Of a stretch of 64,000 nucleotides of DNA, positions 47,467-55,258 are shown in pieces; the stretch's first letter is position 1; each line of letters opens with the position of its first letter. A model generated the notes under the pieces. The model did not search any database and was not told where the DNA came from. It saw nothing but the letters and a program-made list of their open reading frames with translations. A program made the translations under genes and the position numbers. The stretch is from Dehalococcoidia bacterium (lineage in GTDB: Bacteria; Chloroflexota; Dehalococcoidia; Lucifugimonadales; Australimonadaceae): positions 1,406,368 to 1,470,367 of the forward strand of contig OZ252088.1 of the NCBI GenBank assembly GCA_965248065.1, given 5' to 3'.

Positions 47467-48342
47467 CTACGGGCGGACGCCGGAGCGCGCCGCTGCGGCT
47501 TCCAGGGCCCGCTTCGCAATCACCCGGGTCAGATGCTCCCGGTACTCCTCGGAGCCGTGGATGTCCGCCAGAAACTCCATGCCGTCGCTGGCCCTGCGCG
47601 ACGCCTTCTCGATGGACTCGGCATCGAGCGGCTTGCCGACCAGCACCCGCTCGCTTGCCTTGGCCCGCACCGGGGCTGGGCCCGCTCCGGTCACCGCAAT
47701 CCTGGCCCGCTCGCAGACGCCCCGCCGGTTGATCGTCACGGACGCCGCGACTCCCACGATGGCGAATCGCGACGCCTTGTTGGCGAACTTCACGTAGGCT
47801 GACCCTGTGCGCGGCGGGGCTTTGGCAAAGCGGACTTCGGTCAATATCTCCGTCGGTCCGAGGGTCGTTTCGTACGCATCGACAAAGAATCGCTCCGCCG
47901 AAATCGTCCTTGGCCTCGACCCGCCGACGATTCGCATTCTGGCGTCGAGGGCGAGGAGCGCAGCCGGGATGTCGGCCGCGGGGTCCGCGTGGGCCGCCGA
48001 GCCGCCGATCGTCCCCCGATTCCGCACTTGGAGATCGCCGACCACCCCCGCCGTCTCGACCAGCAGCGGTGCGGCGCCGGCCAGGATGTGCGACCTCTCG
48101 ATTTCGCAGTAGGTCGTTCCCGCGCCTATCGCGATGCCGTCGTCCAATCGGCGGATGTACGAAAGCTCCCCCAGCCGTCCGATGTCCACGACGTGCTCCG
48201 GCTGAACGAGCCGCAGCTTCATCGCCGGGACGAGACTCATCCCACCGGAGATTACCCGCGCATCGCCCTCGTGTTCGCGCATGAGCCGCACCGCCTGGCG
48301 CAGCGAAGCGGGCGCGTGGTAGGTGAATGCGGCGGGAATCAC
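47467..48342 (-). CDS. molybdopterin-dehydrogenase FAD-binding medium subunit (CoxM/CutM-like)
   Basis: GTG start. [42 protein letters not shown]. Confidence 0.85.
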   Translation of the reverse strand: MIPAAFTYHAPASLRQAVRLMREHEGDARVISGGMSLVPAMKLRLVQPEHVVDIGRLGELSYIRRLDDGIAIGAGTTYCEIERSHILAGAAPLLVETAGVVGDLQVRNRGTIGGSAAHADPAADIPAALLALDARMRIVGGSRPRTISAERFFVDAYETTLGPTEILTEVRFAKAPPRTGSAYVKFANKASRFAIVGVAASVTINRRGVCERARIAVTGAGPAPVRAKASERVLVGKPLDAESIEKASRRASDGMEFLADIHGSEEYREHLTRVIAKRALEAAAARSGVRP

Positions 48343-48908
48343 GGACCCCCTCCCTGACCCTCCCCCTGGAAGGTGGAGGGGTTTATGTGGCTCTCCCCCC
48401 GGACGGAGGAGGCGAGGTTCCCGCCTACGCGGGAATGACGGATTGGGCGCATCGTCTCAGCCGCGGCGAGGGCAGAGGCGACGATGTTCTGGTATCCGGT
48501 GCACCGGCACATGTTTCCGCTCAACGCGGCCCGCACCTCCGGGTCGGTGGGGTCGGGGTTGCGCCGTAGGAACTCGTGCAGCGTCATCACCATCCCCGGC
48601 GTACAGAAGCCGCACTGGAGGCCGTGCTGCTCGTGGAACGCCTGCTGAATCGGGTGCAGCCGGTCGCCCTTCGCCAGCCCTTCGATGGTCGTGACCCTTG
48701 CCCCCTCGGCCTGGGCCGCGAACATTGCGCACGACTTCACCGCCGCGCCGTTCAGCAGCACCGTGCACGCTCCGCACTGGCTCGTATCACAGCCGATGTG
48801 CGTGCCGGTCAGCCGCAGTCTCTCGCGAATCAGGTCGACGAGCAGCTCGCGGTCTTCGACCTCAGCGGTGCGCCGTCTGCCGTTGACGGTGAGCGTTACC
48901 TCAATCAT
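48339..48908 (-). CDS. (2Fe-2S)-binding small subunit (CoxS/CutS-like) with a repeat-derived C-terminal tail
   Basis: [11 protein letters not shown] and CGFCTPGM...CRCTGY motifs. The last ~35 aa ([34 protein letters not shown]) are encoded by a repeat module containing the palindrome at 48417-48436. Confidence 0.85.
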   Translation of the reverse strand: MIEVTLTVNGRRRTAEVEDRELLVDLIRERLRLTGTHIGCDTSQCGACTVLLNGAAVKSCAMFAAQAEGARVTTIEGLAKGDRLHPIQQAFHEQHGLQCGFCTPGMVMTLHEFLRRNPDPTDPEVRAALSGNMCRCTGYQNIVASALAAAETMRPIRHSRVGGNLASSVRGESHINPSTFQGEGQGGGP

Positions 48909-48948
48909 CTTTAAGCATCGCTACTGGCATCTCTAACCCTAATCATTT

Positions 48949-50040
48949 CTACTGGAACGTAATCACGCCGCGTCCCACGACGCCGCGGTCGAGCTCCTCG
49001 TATGCCTCGTTTATCTGGTCGAGCTTGTACGTCCGCGTGATGAGCCCGTCGACGTCGATCTGTCCGCTGCCATACAGGTCCACCATCCGGTAGAAGTCCA
49101 GCGCGGGCCGGGACGTCCCGTAGTACGAGCCCTTCAGCGTCTTCTCCATCCGGACGAGCGCGACCGGGTCGATTCCCGCGACCTCGCCGACCGGCGCAAG
49201 GCCGACGACGACCGCCGTCCCGCCCTTCCTCACGGAGTCGAACGCCAGCGTCACCGTCTCCGGCGAGCCGAACACCTCGAACGCGTAGTCCACGCCGCCG
49301 TCGGTCAGGTCGCGGACCGCCTTCACCGCGTCCGTATCCTTCGAGTTGACGGTCTCCGTCGCGCCGAACTTAGTCGCGAACTCCAACGCCGCGTCGTTCA
49401 CGTCGACCGCGATGATCTTGCCGGCTCCCGCGAGCCGCGCGCCCTGCACGACGTTCAGGCCGACGCCGCCGCATCCCACGACCGCGACTGTGCTGCCCGG
49501 CTCGACCCTCGCGTTGAAGAGCACCGCGCCGACGCCCGTCGTCACGCTGCAGCCGATGAGCGCGGCCTGGGGGAGCGGAAAGGCAGGGTCGATCTTCACG
49601 CACCCCGTCTCCGGCACGACCGCCTCCTCCGCGAAGCACGCAACCTTGCCCATGTGTGCGAGGCGCTGTCCGTTCAGGTGCAGCCGGCGTGTGCCGTCGA
49701 ACATGTTGGGGCCGGTGGCCATGTGAGTGTCGCAGGTATTCGGGCGGCCGCTGAGGCAGGAGCGGCAGTGGCCGCAGAAGGGTGCGAACGCCAGGATGAC
49801 GTGGTCGCCCGGCGCGACTCGCGTAACCCCCTCGCCGATCTCCTCGACGATGGCCGAGCCTTCGTGGCCTAGCACCGCCGGGGTTGGGATAATGGCTTCG
49901 CCCCGCATGAAATGGAGGTCGCTGCGGCAGACCCCAGCAGCGGCGATGCGCACCCGCACCTCGTGCGCCTTCGGCGGGTCGAGCTCCACGTCCTCTATGG
50001 CGAGCGGCTTGTTGGTTTCTACGAGAACGGCTGCCTTCAT
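48949..50040 (-). CDS. zinc-dependent alcohol dehydrogenase
   Basis: GVCRSDLH, GHEGSAIVEEIG, structural zinc CGHCRSCLSGRPNTC, NAD motif VVGCGGVG. Confidence 0.9.
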   Translation of the reverse strand: MKAAVLVETNKPLAIEDVELDPPKAHEVRVRIAAAGVCRSDLHFMRGEAIIPTPAVLGHEGSAIVEEIGEGVTRVAPGDHVILAFAPFCGHCRSCLSGRPNTCDTHMATGPNMFDGTRRLHLNGQRLAHMGKVACFAEEAVVPETGCVKIDPAFPLPQAALIGCSVTTGVGAVLFNARVEPGSTVAVVGCGGVGLNVVQGARLAGAGKIIAVDVNDAALEFATKFGATETVNSKDTDAVKAVRDLTDGGVDYAFEVFGSPETVTLAFDSVRKGGTAVVVGLAPVGEVAGIDPVALVRMEKTLKGSYYGTSRPALDFYRMVDLYGSGQIDVDGLITRTYKLDQINEAYEELDRGVVGRGVITFQ

Positions 50041-50168
50041 AGGGTGCTCCGGAGGAGTTGGGTTGGCGGTCGGGGGGAGCTTAGCACGGCTTGGGGGGGT
50101 GGTGGGGGACAGTCATGCTAAGACGGCGTTAGTGGTGATGTGGGGCGTGGGAATGGCGTGGGCGTTCT

Positions 50169-50579
50169 CCTCCCGTAGACGACGCGTGATGCAAATTGAC
50201 GCGGGGGAGTGGGGGTCGATGAGGTCGAATCGACTCCCGTCGGCGCATCGCACGACCGCAATGGCTCGTTTTGATCCAAAGATGTCTCATCCATCTCACT
50301 CGTAACTTTCCCCGGCCTACGAGTGCGCGGGGGCTGTCTTACCGCTTCGGGTGCGCCACTAAGGTCTCATTTGGTCTCATTTGGTCTCATTTTACTCCTG
50401 AGCACGAGCCCGGGCGCCTTCGGCAGCGGGGTCTCGTGCGGAACCACCCCTAGCCCCTCCTTGGTAAGGAGGGGGACGGCGCGTAAACCAGTGTAGGGAG
50501 AGCGGGGGTGTTCGGGGAAGGGGCAAGTGTCAGTCTCCGCCGCGTCAGCAATTTCGCATCACGCGTCGTAGACGGGAGG
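50169..50579. mobile_element. non-autonomous TIR-bounded element (~0.4 kb), copy A
   Basis: Left end CCTCCCGTAGACGACGCGTGATGCAAATTGACGCGG (50169-50204). The complement of the right end is CCTCCCGTCTACGACGCGTGATGCGAAATTGCTGACGCGG (50540-50579). Internal GGTCTCATTT x3 at 50363-50392. No conserved ORF. Confidence 0.6.
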
Positions 50580-50580
50580 G

Positions 50581-50972
50581 GATTTTCGAGGCAATCCCTC
50601 ATGTGGGGCTCGCCTCACACCGCAACCGACGAAAATAGGGTGGCCGATACCTGGATTCCCGCCTGCGCGGGAATGACGGGGGAAGGACCGCGCCGCTGTC
50701 GCGCCGCTGCGAGGTTCCCGCCTGCGCGGGAATGACGGAAGGGGGCGCGGGGTGACGGGGGAAGTCTGCGCGTCGCCTCCCCCGCGCTTCGCTGCGCTTG
50801 CGCGCGTCCCCTCCCGTCTGTGCGGAAGGGGGATTTTCGAGGCAATCCCTCATGTGGGGCTCGCCTCACACCGCAACCGACGAAAATAGGGGGGCCGATA
50901 CCTGGATTCCCGCCTGCGCGGGAATGACGGGGGAGAGGGATCGCTGCGCTGTCGCGCCGCTGCGAGGTTCCC
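50581..50972. repeat. tandem copies of a ~250-bp composite repeat unit (second copy interrupted by IS30)
   Basis: Units start at 50581 and 50831 (GATTTTCGAGGCAATCCCTCATGTGGGGCTCGCCTCACACCGCAACCGACGAAAATAGG...). Palindromes at 50655-50674, 50714-50733 and 50906-50925. Confidence 0.8.
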
Positions 50973-51996
50973 TGAATCCACAAACGAAGTGCAACACCAG
51001 ATTAGGGTGTTGCCATGGAATACAGACAGCTCTGCATTGAGGAACGGTGTGAGATTGCCCGCTTACGCGCCAAGGGCTCCTCGGTCCGGCAAGTCGCTAC
51101 AGCTCTGGATCGCGCGGCATCGACCGTGGCTCGGGAGCTGAAGCGGAACGCGCTGCGAACGGACGGGTACCAAGCGTCGCCGGCCCAGGAGCGTGCCCGC
51201 GCGCGGCGCTGGACGGGGGCGCGGCTGGAACGGGACGAGGGGTTGCGGGAGCGGGTCTTGGCGGGCCTGAAGTGGGGGTGGTCGCCGGAGCAGGTCGCCC
51301 ATGAGATGCGCAGAGAGGAGGGCCGGACGGTGACCTCGGACGAGAGCATCTACCGGTTCGTCTACGCCCAGGCCGCGCGGCACAAGGACCATGATTGGCG
51401 GCGCTACTTGCCGAGGGCGAAGTGGAAGCGGGGAAGGCGGGGCCGCAGGGGGGGAAGCTCGGTTTCCTTCATCCCCCTCCGGAGGGCGCTCTCGGAGCGG
51501 CCGGCGGTGGCGGCCGACCGGCGGACCTTCGGGCACTGGGAGGCGGACACGATGCAGTTCGGGAGGTCGGGAGAGGTGGTGTTGGCCCTGCAGGAACGCT
51601 CCTCGCGCCTCTTGCTTCTCGCGCGTGCGCCGTCGAAGGAGGCGGGGCCGATCGCGGAGTCCATCGCCCGGATGCTGGGGCCGTTGCCGCCGGAGTTTCG
51701 CCAGACGGTGACCTTCGACAATGGGACCGAGTTCACCCGTCACTACGAGCTCCACCGGTTGGGCATCGAGACGTTCTTCTGCGACACGTACTCGCCGTGG
51801 CAGAAGGGGGGAGTGGAGAACGCGATCGGCCGGCTGCGGCGGTTCCTGCCGCGGGGGACGAATCTGGGGGAGGTGTCGGATGAGCGGTTTGCGCTGATCG
51901 GGCAGGCGTACAACAATACGCCGCGCAAGTGCCTGGGCTACCGGACACCGGCGGGGGTCGTCGAGGAGCAGGTGTTGCACTTCAAATGTGGATTCA
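50973..51996 (+). mobile_element. intact IS30-family insertion sequence
   Basis: IRL TGAATCCACAAACGAAGTGCAACACC at 50973-50998. The IRR complement TGAATCCACATTTGAAGTGCAACACC at 51971-51996 matches at 23 of 26 positions. Single transposase ORF. Confidence 0.85.
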
Positions 51997-52019
51997 CCTT
52001 CCCGCCTGCGCGGGAATGA
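51015..52019 (+). CDS. IS30-family DDE transposase
   Basis: N-terminal HTH (RAKGSSVRQVATALDRAASTVAREL), HWEADT, TFDNGTEF, YSPWQKGGVEN catalytic blocks. The ORF reads through IRR, and its TGA (52017-52019) lies in the flanking palindrome GGGAATGA. Confidence 0.85.
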   Translation: MEYRQLCIEERCEIARLRAKGSSVRQVATALDRAASTVARELKRNALRTDGYQASPAQERARARRWTGARLERDEGLRERVLAGLKWGWSPEQVAHEMRREEGRTVTSDESIYRFVYAQAARHKDHDWRRYLPRAKWKRGRRGRRGGSSVSFIPLRRALSERPAVAADRRTFGHWEADTMQFGRSGEVVLALQERSSRLLLLARAPSKEAGPIAESIARMLGPLPPEFRQTVTFDNGTEFTRHYELHRLGIETFFCDTYSPWQKGGVENAIGRLRRFLPRGTNLGEVSDERFALIGQAYNNTPRKCLGYRTPAGVVEEQVLHFKCGFTFPPARE

Positions 52020-52217
52020 CGGAGGGGAGGCGCGGGAATGACGGGGGAAGTCTGCGCGCCGCCGCCTCTCCTCCCCCGCGCTTCGCTGCGCTTGCGCGTC
52101 CCCTCCCGCAGACGGGAGTGGGATTGGGACCGCTGCGCTGCCGCGCCGCTGCGAGGTTCCCGCCTGCGCGGGAATGACGGAAGGAGTCGGAAACGACGGG
52201 GAAGGGCTGCGAGGTTC
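51997..52217. repeat. continuation of the interrupted repeat unit plus further mosaic
   Basis: Palindromes at 51998-52017 and 52156-52175. GC-hairpin module at 52047-52117, colinear with 50761-50822. Confidence 0.8.
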
Positions 52218-53057
52218 CTACGTTGCGCCGAGGCCTCCGTGCTGCTGCTGGCCTAGGCGGTTGTAGGTGACGGGCGTCGTAACGAGGAGGCCGGCGTCCA
52301 CGGGCAGGACGACTCCTGTGATCCAGCGGGCCTCGTCGCTCGCCAGGAAGACCGCCGCCCACGCCACATCCCATGCCGTGCCCTCGGTGCGGAGAGGGGC
52401 CGCGTTCTTGCGCACCTGGCGCAGGTCGTCGTCCATGCGGGGGGCGACCATCGGGGTGTAGACCAAGCCCGGCGCGATGCAGTTCACCCGGACGCCGTCC
52501 GGCCCGTGGTCGCCGGCCATCGACTGGGTAAGGCCGACCACGGCCGCCTTGGACGTGGTGTAGGGGGTGCTGCTATTGGCGCGCAGGCCCGCTATCGACG
52601 CGATGGTGATGATTGAGCCGCCGCCGACCTTGACCATTTCCGGTATGGCGTACTTGGACGCGAGGACGATGCTCTTGACGTTGACGGCCATGATGTGGTC
52701 CCACTGCGCTTCCGTGACCTCGATCACGTCGGCGCGAGTCGAGATGCCCACGTTGTTGTGGAGGATGTCGACTCGCCCGTAGCGTTCGACCGCGGCGCTC
52801 ACCATCGCCTCGCAGTCAGCCGCGTTCGTAACGTCGGCGGCGACGGCGGAGGCTGTCCCGCCCTCGGCTTGGATCTGGGCGAGCGTCTCTTGGGCGCGCT
52901 CCAGCTCCATGTCCGCGAGCAGGACGCTCGCGCCCTCGCGGGCAAACAGGATGGACGCCGCCTTGCCGTTCCCAACTCCGGGGCCGCTCGATCCGGCGCC
53001 CGTTACGATCGCCACTTTGCCTTCGAGCCTTCCCGCCACGCTATCCTCCCCCTTCAT
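52218..53057 (-). CDS. SDR-family oxidoreductase
   Basis: VTGAGSSGPGVG, NNVG, catalytic YTTSKAAV. Confidence 0.85.
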   Translation of the reverse strand: MKGEDSVAGRLEGKVAIVTGAGSSGPGVGNGKAASILFAREGASVLLADMELERAQETLAQIQAEGGTASAVAADVTNAADCEAMVSAAVERYGRVDILHNNVGISTRADVIEVTEAQWDHIMAVNVKSIVLASKYAIPEMVKVGGGSIITIASIAGLRANSSTPYTTSKAAVVGLTQSMAGDHGPDGVRVNCIAPGLVYTPMVAPRMDDDLRQVRKNAAPLRTEGTAWDVAWAAVFLASDEARWITGVVLPVDAGLLVTTPVTYNRLGQQQHGGLGAT

Positions 53058-53374
53058 AGTCTTGTTCGGTCATGCCGCTGACCGTGGAATGACCCGCCAG
53101 CAGGTCCGACATCTCCGCCACCGGCCCCTCGAATATCTTCCCTTCAATGGACGATTCGACGTTCGCGCGCCAGCCGTCCTCGAGCTTGAGGAGCCTGATG
53201 GTGAGGTGACCGTCGTGGACGACGATTTCGTCTGCTGATTCGGGCCAACGCATGGCCGCCATCATGCGCCACTGGAGGCTTCGGCGCAAGAAATAGGGGG
53301 AAGGGGGCGCCCGCTATGTGTACCTCATATGTTGGCATTACATGTTGATTATGTATGTGGTAGAGTGATGCAGT

Positions 53375-53599
53375 ATGAAGGCAATACAAATATCTATTGA
53401 CGAGAATCTGCTGGAGCGCTTGGACAGCTACCCCGAGGCCGGCCGCCGGGGACGGTCAGCGGTGATCCGGGAAGCAGTAGCCGCCTACCTCGCCCGGAAG
53501 GAGTCGGAGGCGATTGACCGCGCCTACCAGGAAGCTTACGGCCCCAATCCGCCGGAGTTCGACAGCGACTGGGAAAAGGAGGCGGTGTGGCTGGAATGA
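53375..53599 (+). CDS. ribbon-helix-helix antitoxin (MazE/CopG-like)
   Basis: MKAIQISIDENLLERLD...GRSAVIREAVAAYL is an RHH pattern. Overlaps the toxin gene. The AT-rich upstream region contains TGGTAGAGT. Confidence 0.75.
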   Translation: MKAIQISIDENLLERLDSYPEAGRRGRSAVIREAVAAYLARKESEAIDRAYQEAYGPNPPEFDSDWEKEAVWLE

Positions 53600-53919
53600 T
53601 TGGCCTGCAGCGAGGCGAATTATGGCTCCACCAGTTCGCCTCGCCTGACAAGCGCCGCCCTGTCGTGGTGCTGTCGCGTCCCCAGGCCTTGCGGTTTCTG
53701 CGCACCGTTGTCGTCGCTCAGGTAACGTCCACAATCCACGGTTCACCGTCCGAAGTGATTATCGGCGTCGAGGAGGGGCTCAAGGCTTCCTCCGCGATTA
53801 ACCTTGACAATGTGCATACTGTCGACCGGCACAGTCTGCGGCGCTACGTCGGCGCTCTGAGCGAGGAGAAGATGCGGCAAGTCTGCCGCGCTCTCGCCAT
53901 AGCCACCGGCTGCGCTTAA
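53587..53919 (+). CDS. mazF: MazF/PemK-family endoribonuclease toxin
   Basis: RGELWLHQFASPDKRRPVVVLS...VVVAQVTS...INLDNVHTVD is the typical MazF/PemK block order. Confidence 0.8.
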   Translation: MAGMIGLQRGELWLHQFASPDKRRPVVVLSRPQALRFLRTVVVAQVTSTIHGSPSEVIIGVEEGLKASSAINLDNVHTVDRHSLRRYVGALSEEKMRQVCRALAIATGCA

Positions 53920-53992
53920 CTCATCCTCCAACCTCTTCCCTTGCGCAGAGAGGTTGGAGGCGGCGCGGGCAAAGGCATAGCGGACGTCCCGG

Positions 53993-55258
53993 CTATGCGA
54001 AGTTGGCGTCCAACTCCGGGGCGAGCTGGGCCTCCACGAGCGGCCTGAGGTTCGGCTTGTCGCGGAATGGGCCGCCGGTCACCTCGAAGCCGGGGTAGTA
54101 GGAATGCTCTTGGGGGAGGACGATGACGCCCTTGTCCTCGCGGTGGACGTTCATCGGCTCGCCGCCGTCCTCGACGATCTGCATCTGCTCTTCGAGAATC
54201 TTGCGGTAGAGGATGATGCCGACGTCGGTGACGCCGAGCTTCTCGGTCGTGCGGTCGGAGATGGGGCCCTGCATGATCCAGGCGGCCTGGTCCTGGCCGA
54301 GCACCCAATCGGCGCGGATGCGTCCATTGTCTTTGAACACTTGCTCGTACGTGTAGGGAATCTCGGTCTGCTCGATGACCGTGCCGGGTTCGGGGACGCG
54401 GACGCGGAGGACGATGTGGTAGGTGTGGGTATCGTCCATCGGCACGCGCATCTGGAAGCCGTGGTTGCGCTGCTGGCCGACGCGCAGGATGTTGGGGAAG
54501 AGCACCGGGTGGCCGATGCGCCACCACTCGTTCTCCTGGGTGTCGCCCTGCATGAGACGGCGCTTGATGACGCCGTAGTCGAAGCGGTCGAACCCGACTC
54601 TTACCTCGTGCCGTCCGCGGGCGCCGTCGCCCTGCATCTGCTTCTTCCACGCCTCGCGCTCGTCGGGGGGCTTCTCCATGCCGAGGACGTAGGAGCCCCA
54701 GTAGTTGTGGAGCCATTCGAAGTGGACGGGGTCGAGGGAGTTGTCCATGCACTGGAGCCAGTTGCAGGGCAGCTCCATAGCGACGACCCAGCGCTCGACG
54801 TTGTCCCACTCCAGGAGGTCCCACCGGGGGAGCATTGGGGCGGGCTGGGGCCCCATGTAGGCGAAGACGATGCCGGCCTTCTCCTGGACGGGGTAGGCCT
54901 TGATGCGGACCTTGTCCTTGAACTTGGAGCCCTCCGGCTCCGACGGCTGGTCGACGCACTGGCCGGTCTCGTTGAATATCCAGCCGTGGTAGGCGCAGCG
55001 AAGCCCGTTCTCTTCGGGGACGCCGTAGGAGAGGTTGGCCTTGCGGTGCGCGCAAGACGGCTCGACGAGTCCGAGCGTTCCCTTGGCGTCGCGGTAGAGG
55101 ATGAGGTCCTCGCCGAGGAGACGCATCTCCTTGGTGGGGTTGTCGGCGTTGAGCTCCGCGCTTGGGGCGATGGGGTGCCAGTAGCGGCGCATCAGCTCGC
55201 CCATTGGCGTACCGGGGCCTACCTGGGTGAGACGTTGGTTCTGGGCGGCGGTCAGCAT
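53993..55258 (-). CDS. Rieske non-haem-iron oxygenase alpha subunit, paralogue 4
   Basis: CAHRKANL...CAYHGWIF Rieske motif and DPVHFEWLH iron motif. Confidence 0.85.
   Translation of the reverse strand: MLTAAQNQRLTQVGPGTPMGELMRRYWHPIAPSAELNADNPTKEMRLLGEDLILYRDAKGTLGLVEPSCAHRKANLSYGVPEENGLRCAYHGWIFNETGQCVDQPSEPEGSKFKDKVRIKAYPVQEKAGIVFAYMGPQPAPMLPRWDLLEWDNVERWVVAMELPCNWLQCMDNSLDPVHFEWLHNYWGSYVLGMEKPPDEREAWKKQMQGDGARGRHEVRVGFDRFDYGVIKRRLMQGDTQENEWWRIGHPVLFPNILRVGQQRNHGFQMRVPMDDTHTYHIVLRVRVPEPGTVIEQTEIPYTYEQVFKDNGRIRADWVLGQDQAAWIMQGPISDRTTEKLGVTDVGIILYRKILEEQMQIVEDGGEPMNVHREDKGVIVLPQEHSYYPGFEVTGGPFRDKPNLRPLVEAQLAPELDANFA

Noticed and set aside
50215-50245. tRNA-like T-arm sequence (GGTCGAATCGAC), plus a search for tRNA, rRNA or tmRNA genes elsewhere.
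   Set aside because: No cloverleaf context, no acceptor stem and no conserved GTTCGAATC T-loop. I found no convincing structured RNA gene by eye.
50363-50392. Possible CRISPR array or micro-ORF in the GGTCTCATTT tandem repeats, and the reverse-strand AGGAG-ATG MRPNETK peptide and ORF 60324..60575.
   Set aside because: The repeats are contiguous 10-mers without spacers, so this is not CRISPR. The peptide or ORF continuation differs completely between the two element copies, so coding is unlikely.
53041-53289. 82-aa ORF overlapping the 5-prime end of the SDR gene.
   Set aside because: No family resemblance and no clear RBS. It overlaps the neighbouring gene by 17 nt. It is kept only as an unverified possibility and not listed as a feature.
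53330-53374. Sigma-70 promoter upstream of the MazEF-like pair (TTGGCA / TTGATT / TAGAGT combinations).
   Set aside because: No hexamer pair has acceptable spacing. Only a possible extended -10 (TGGTAGAGT) remains, which is too weak to list as a feature.
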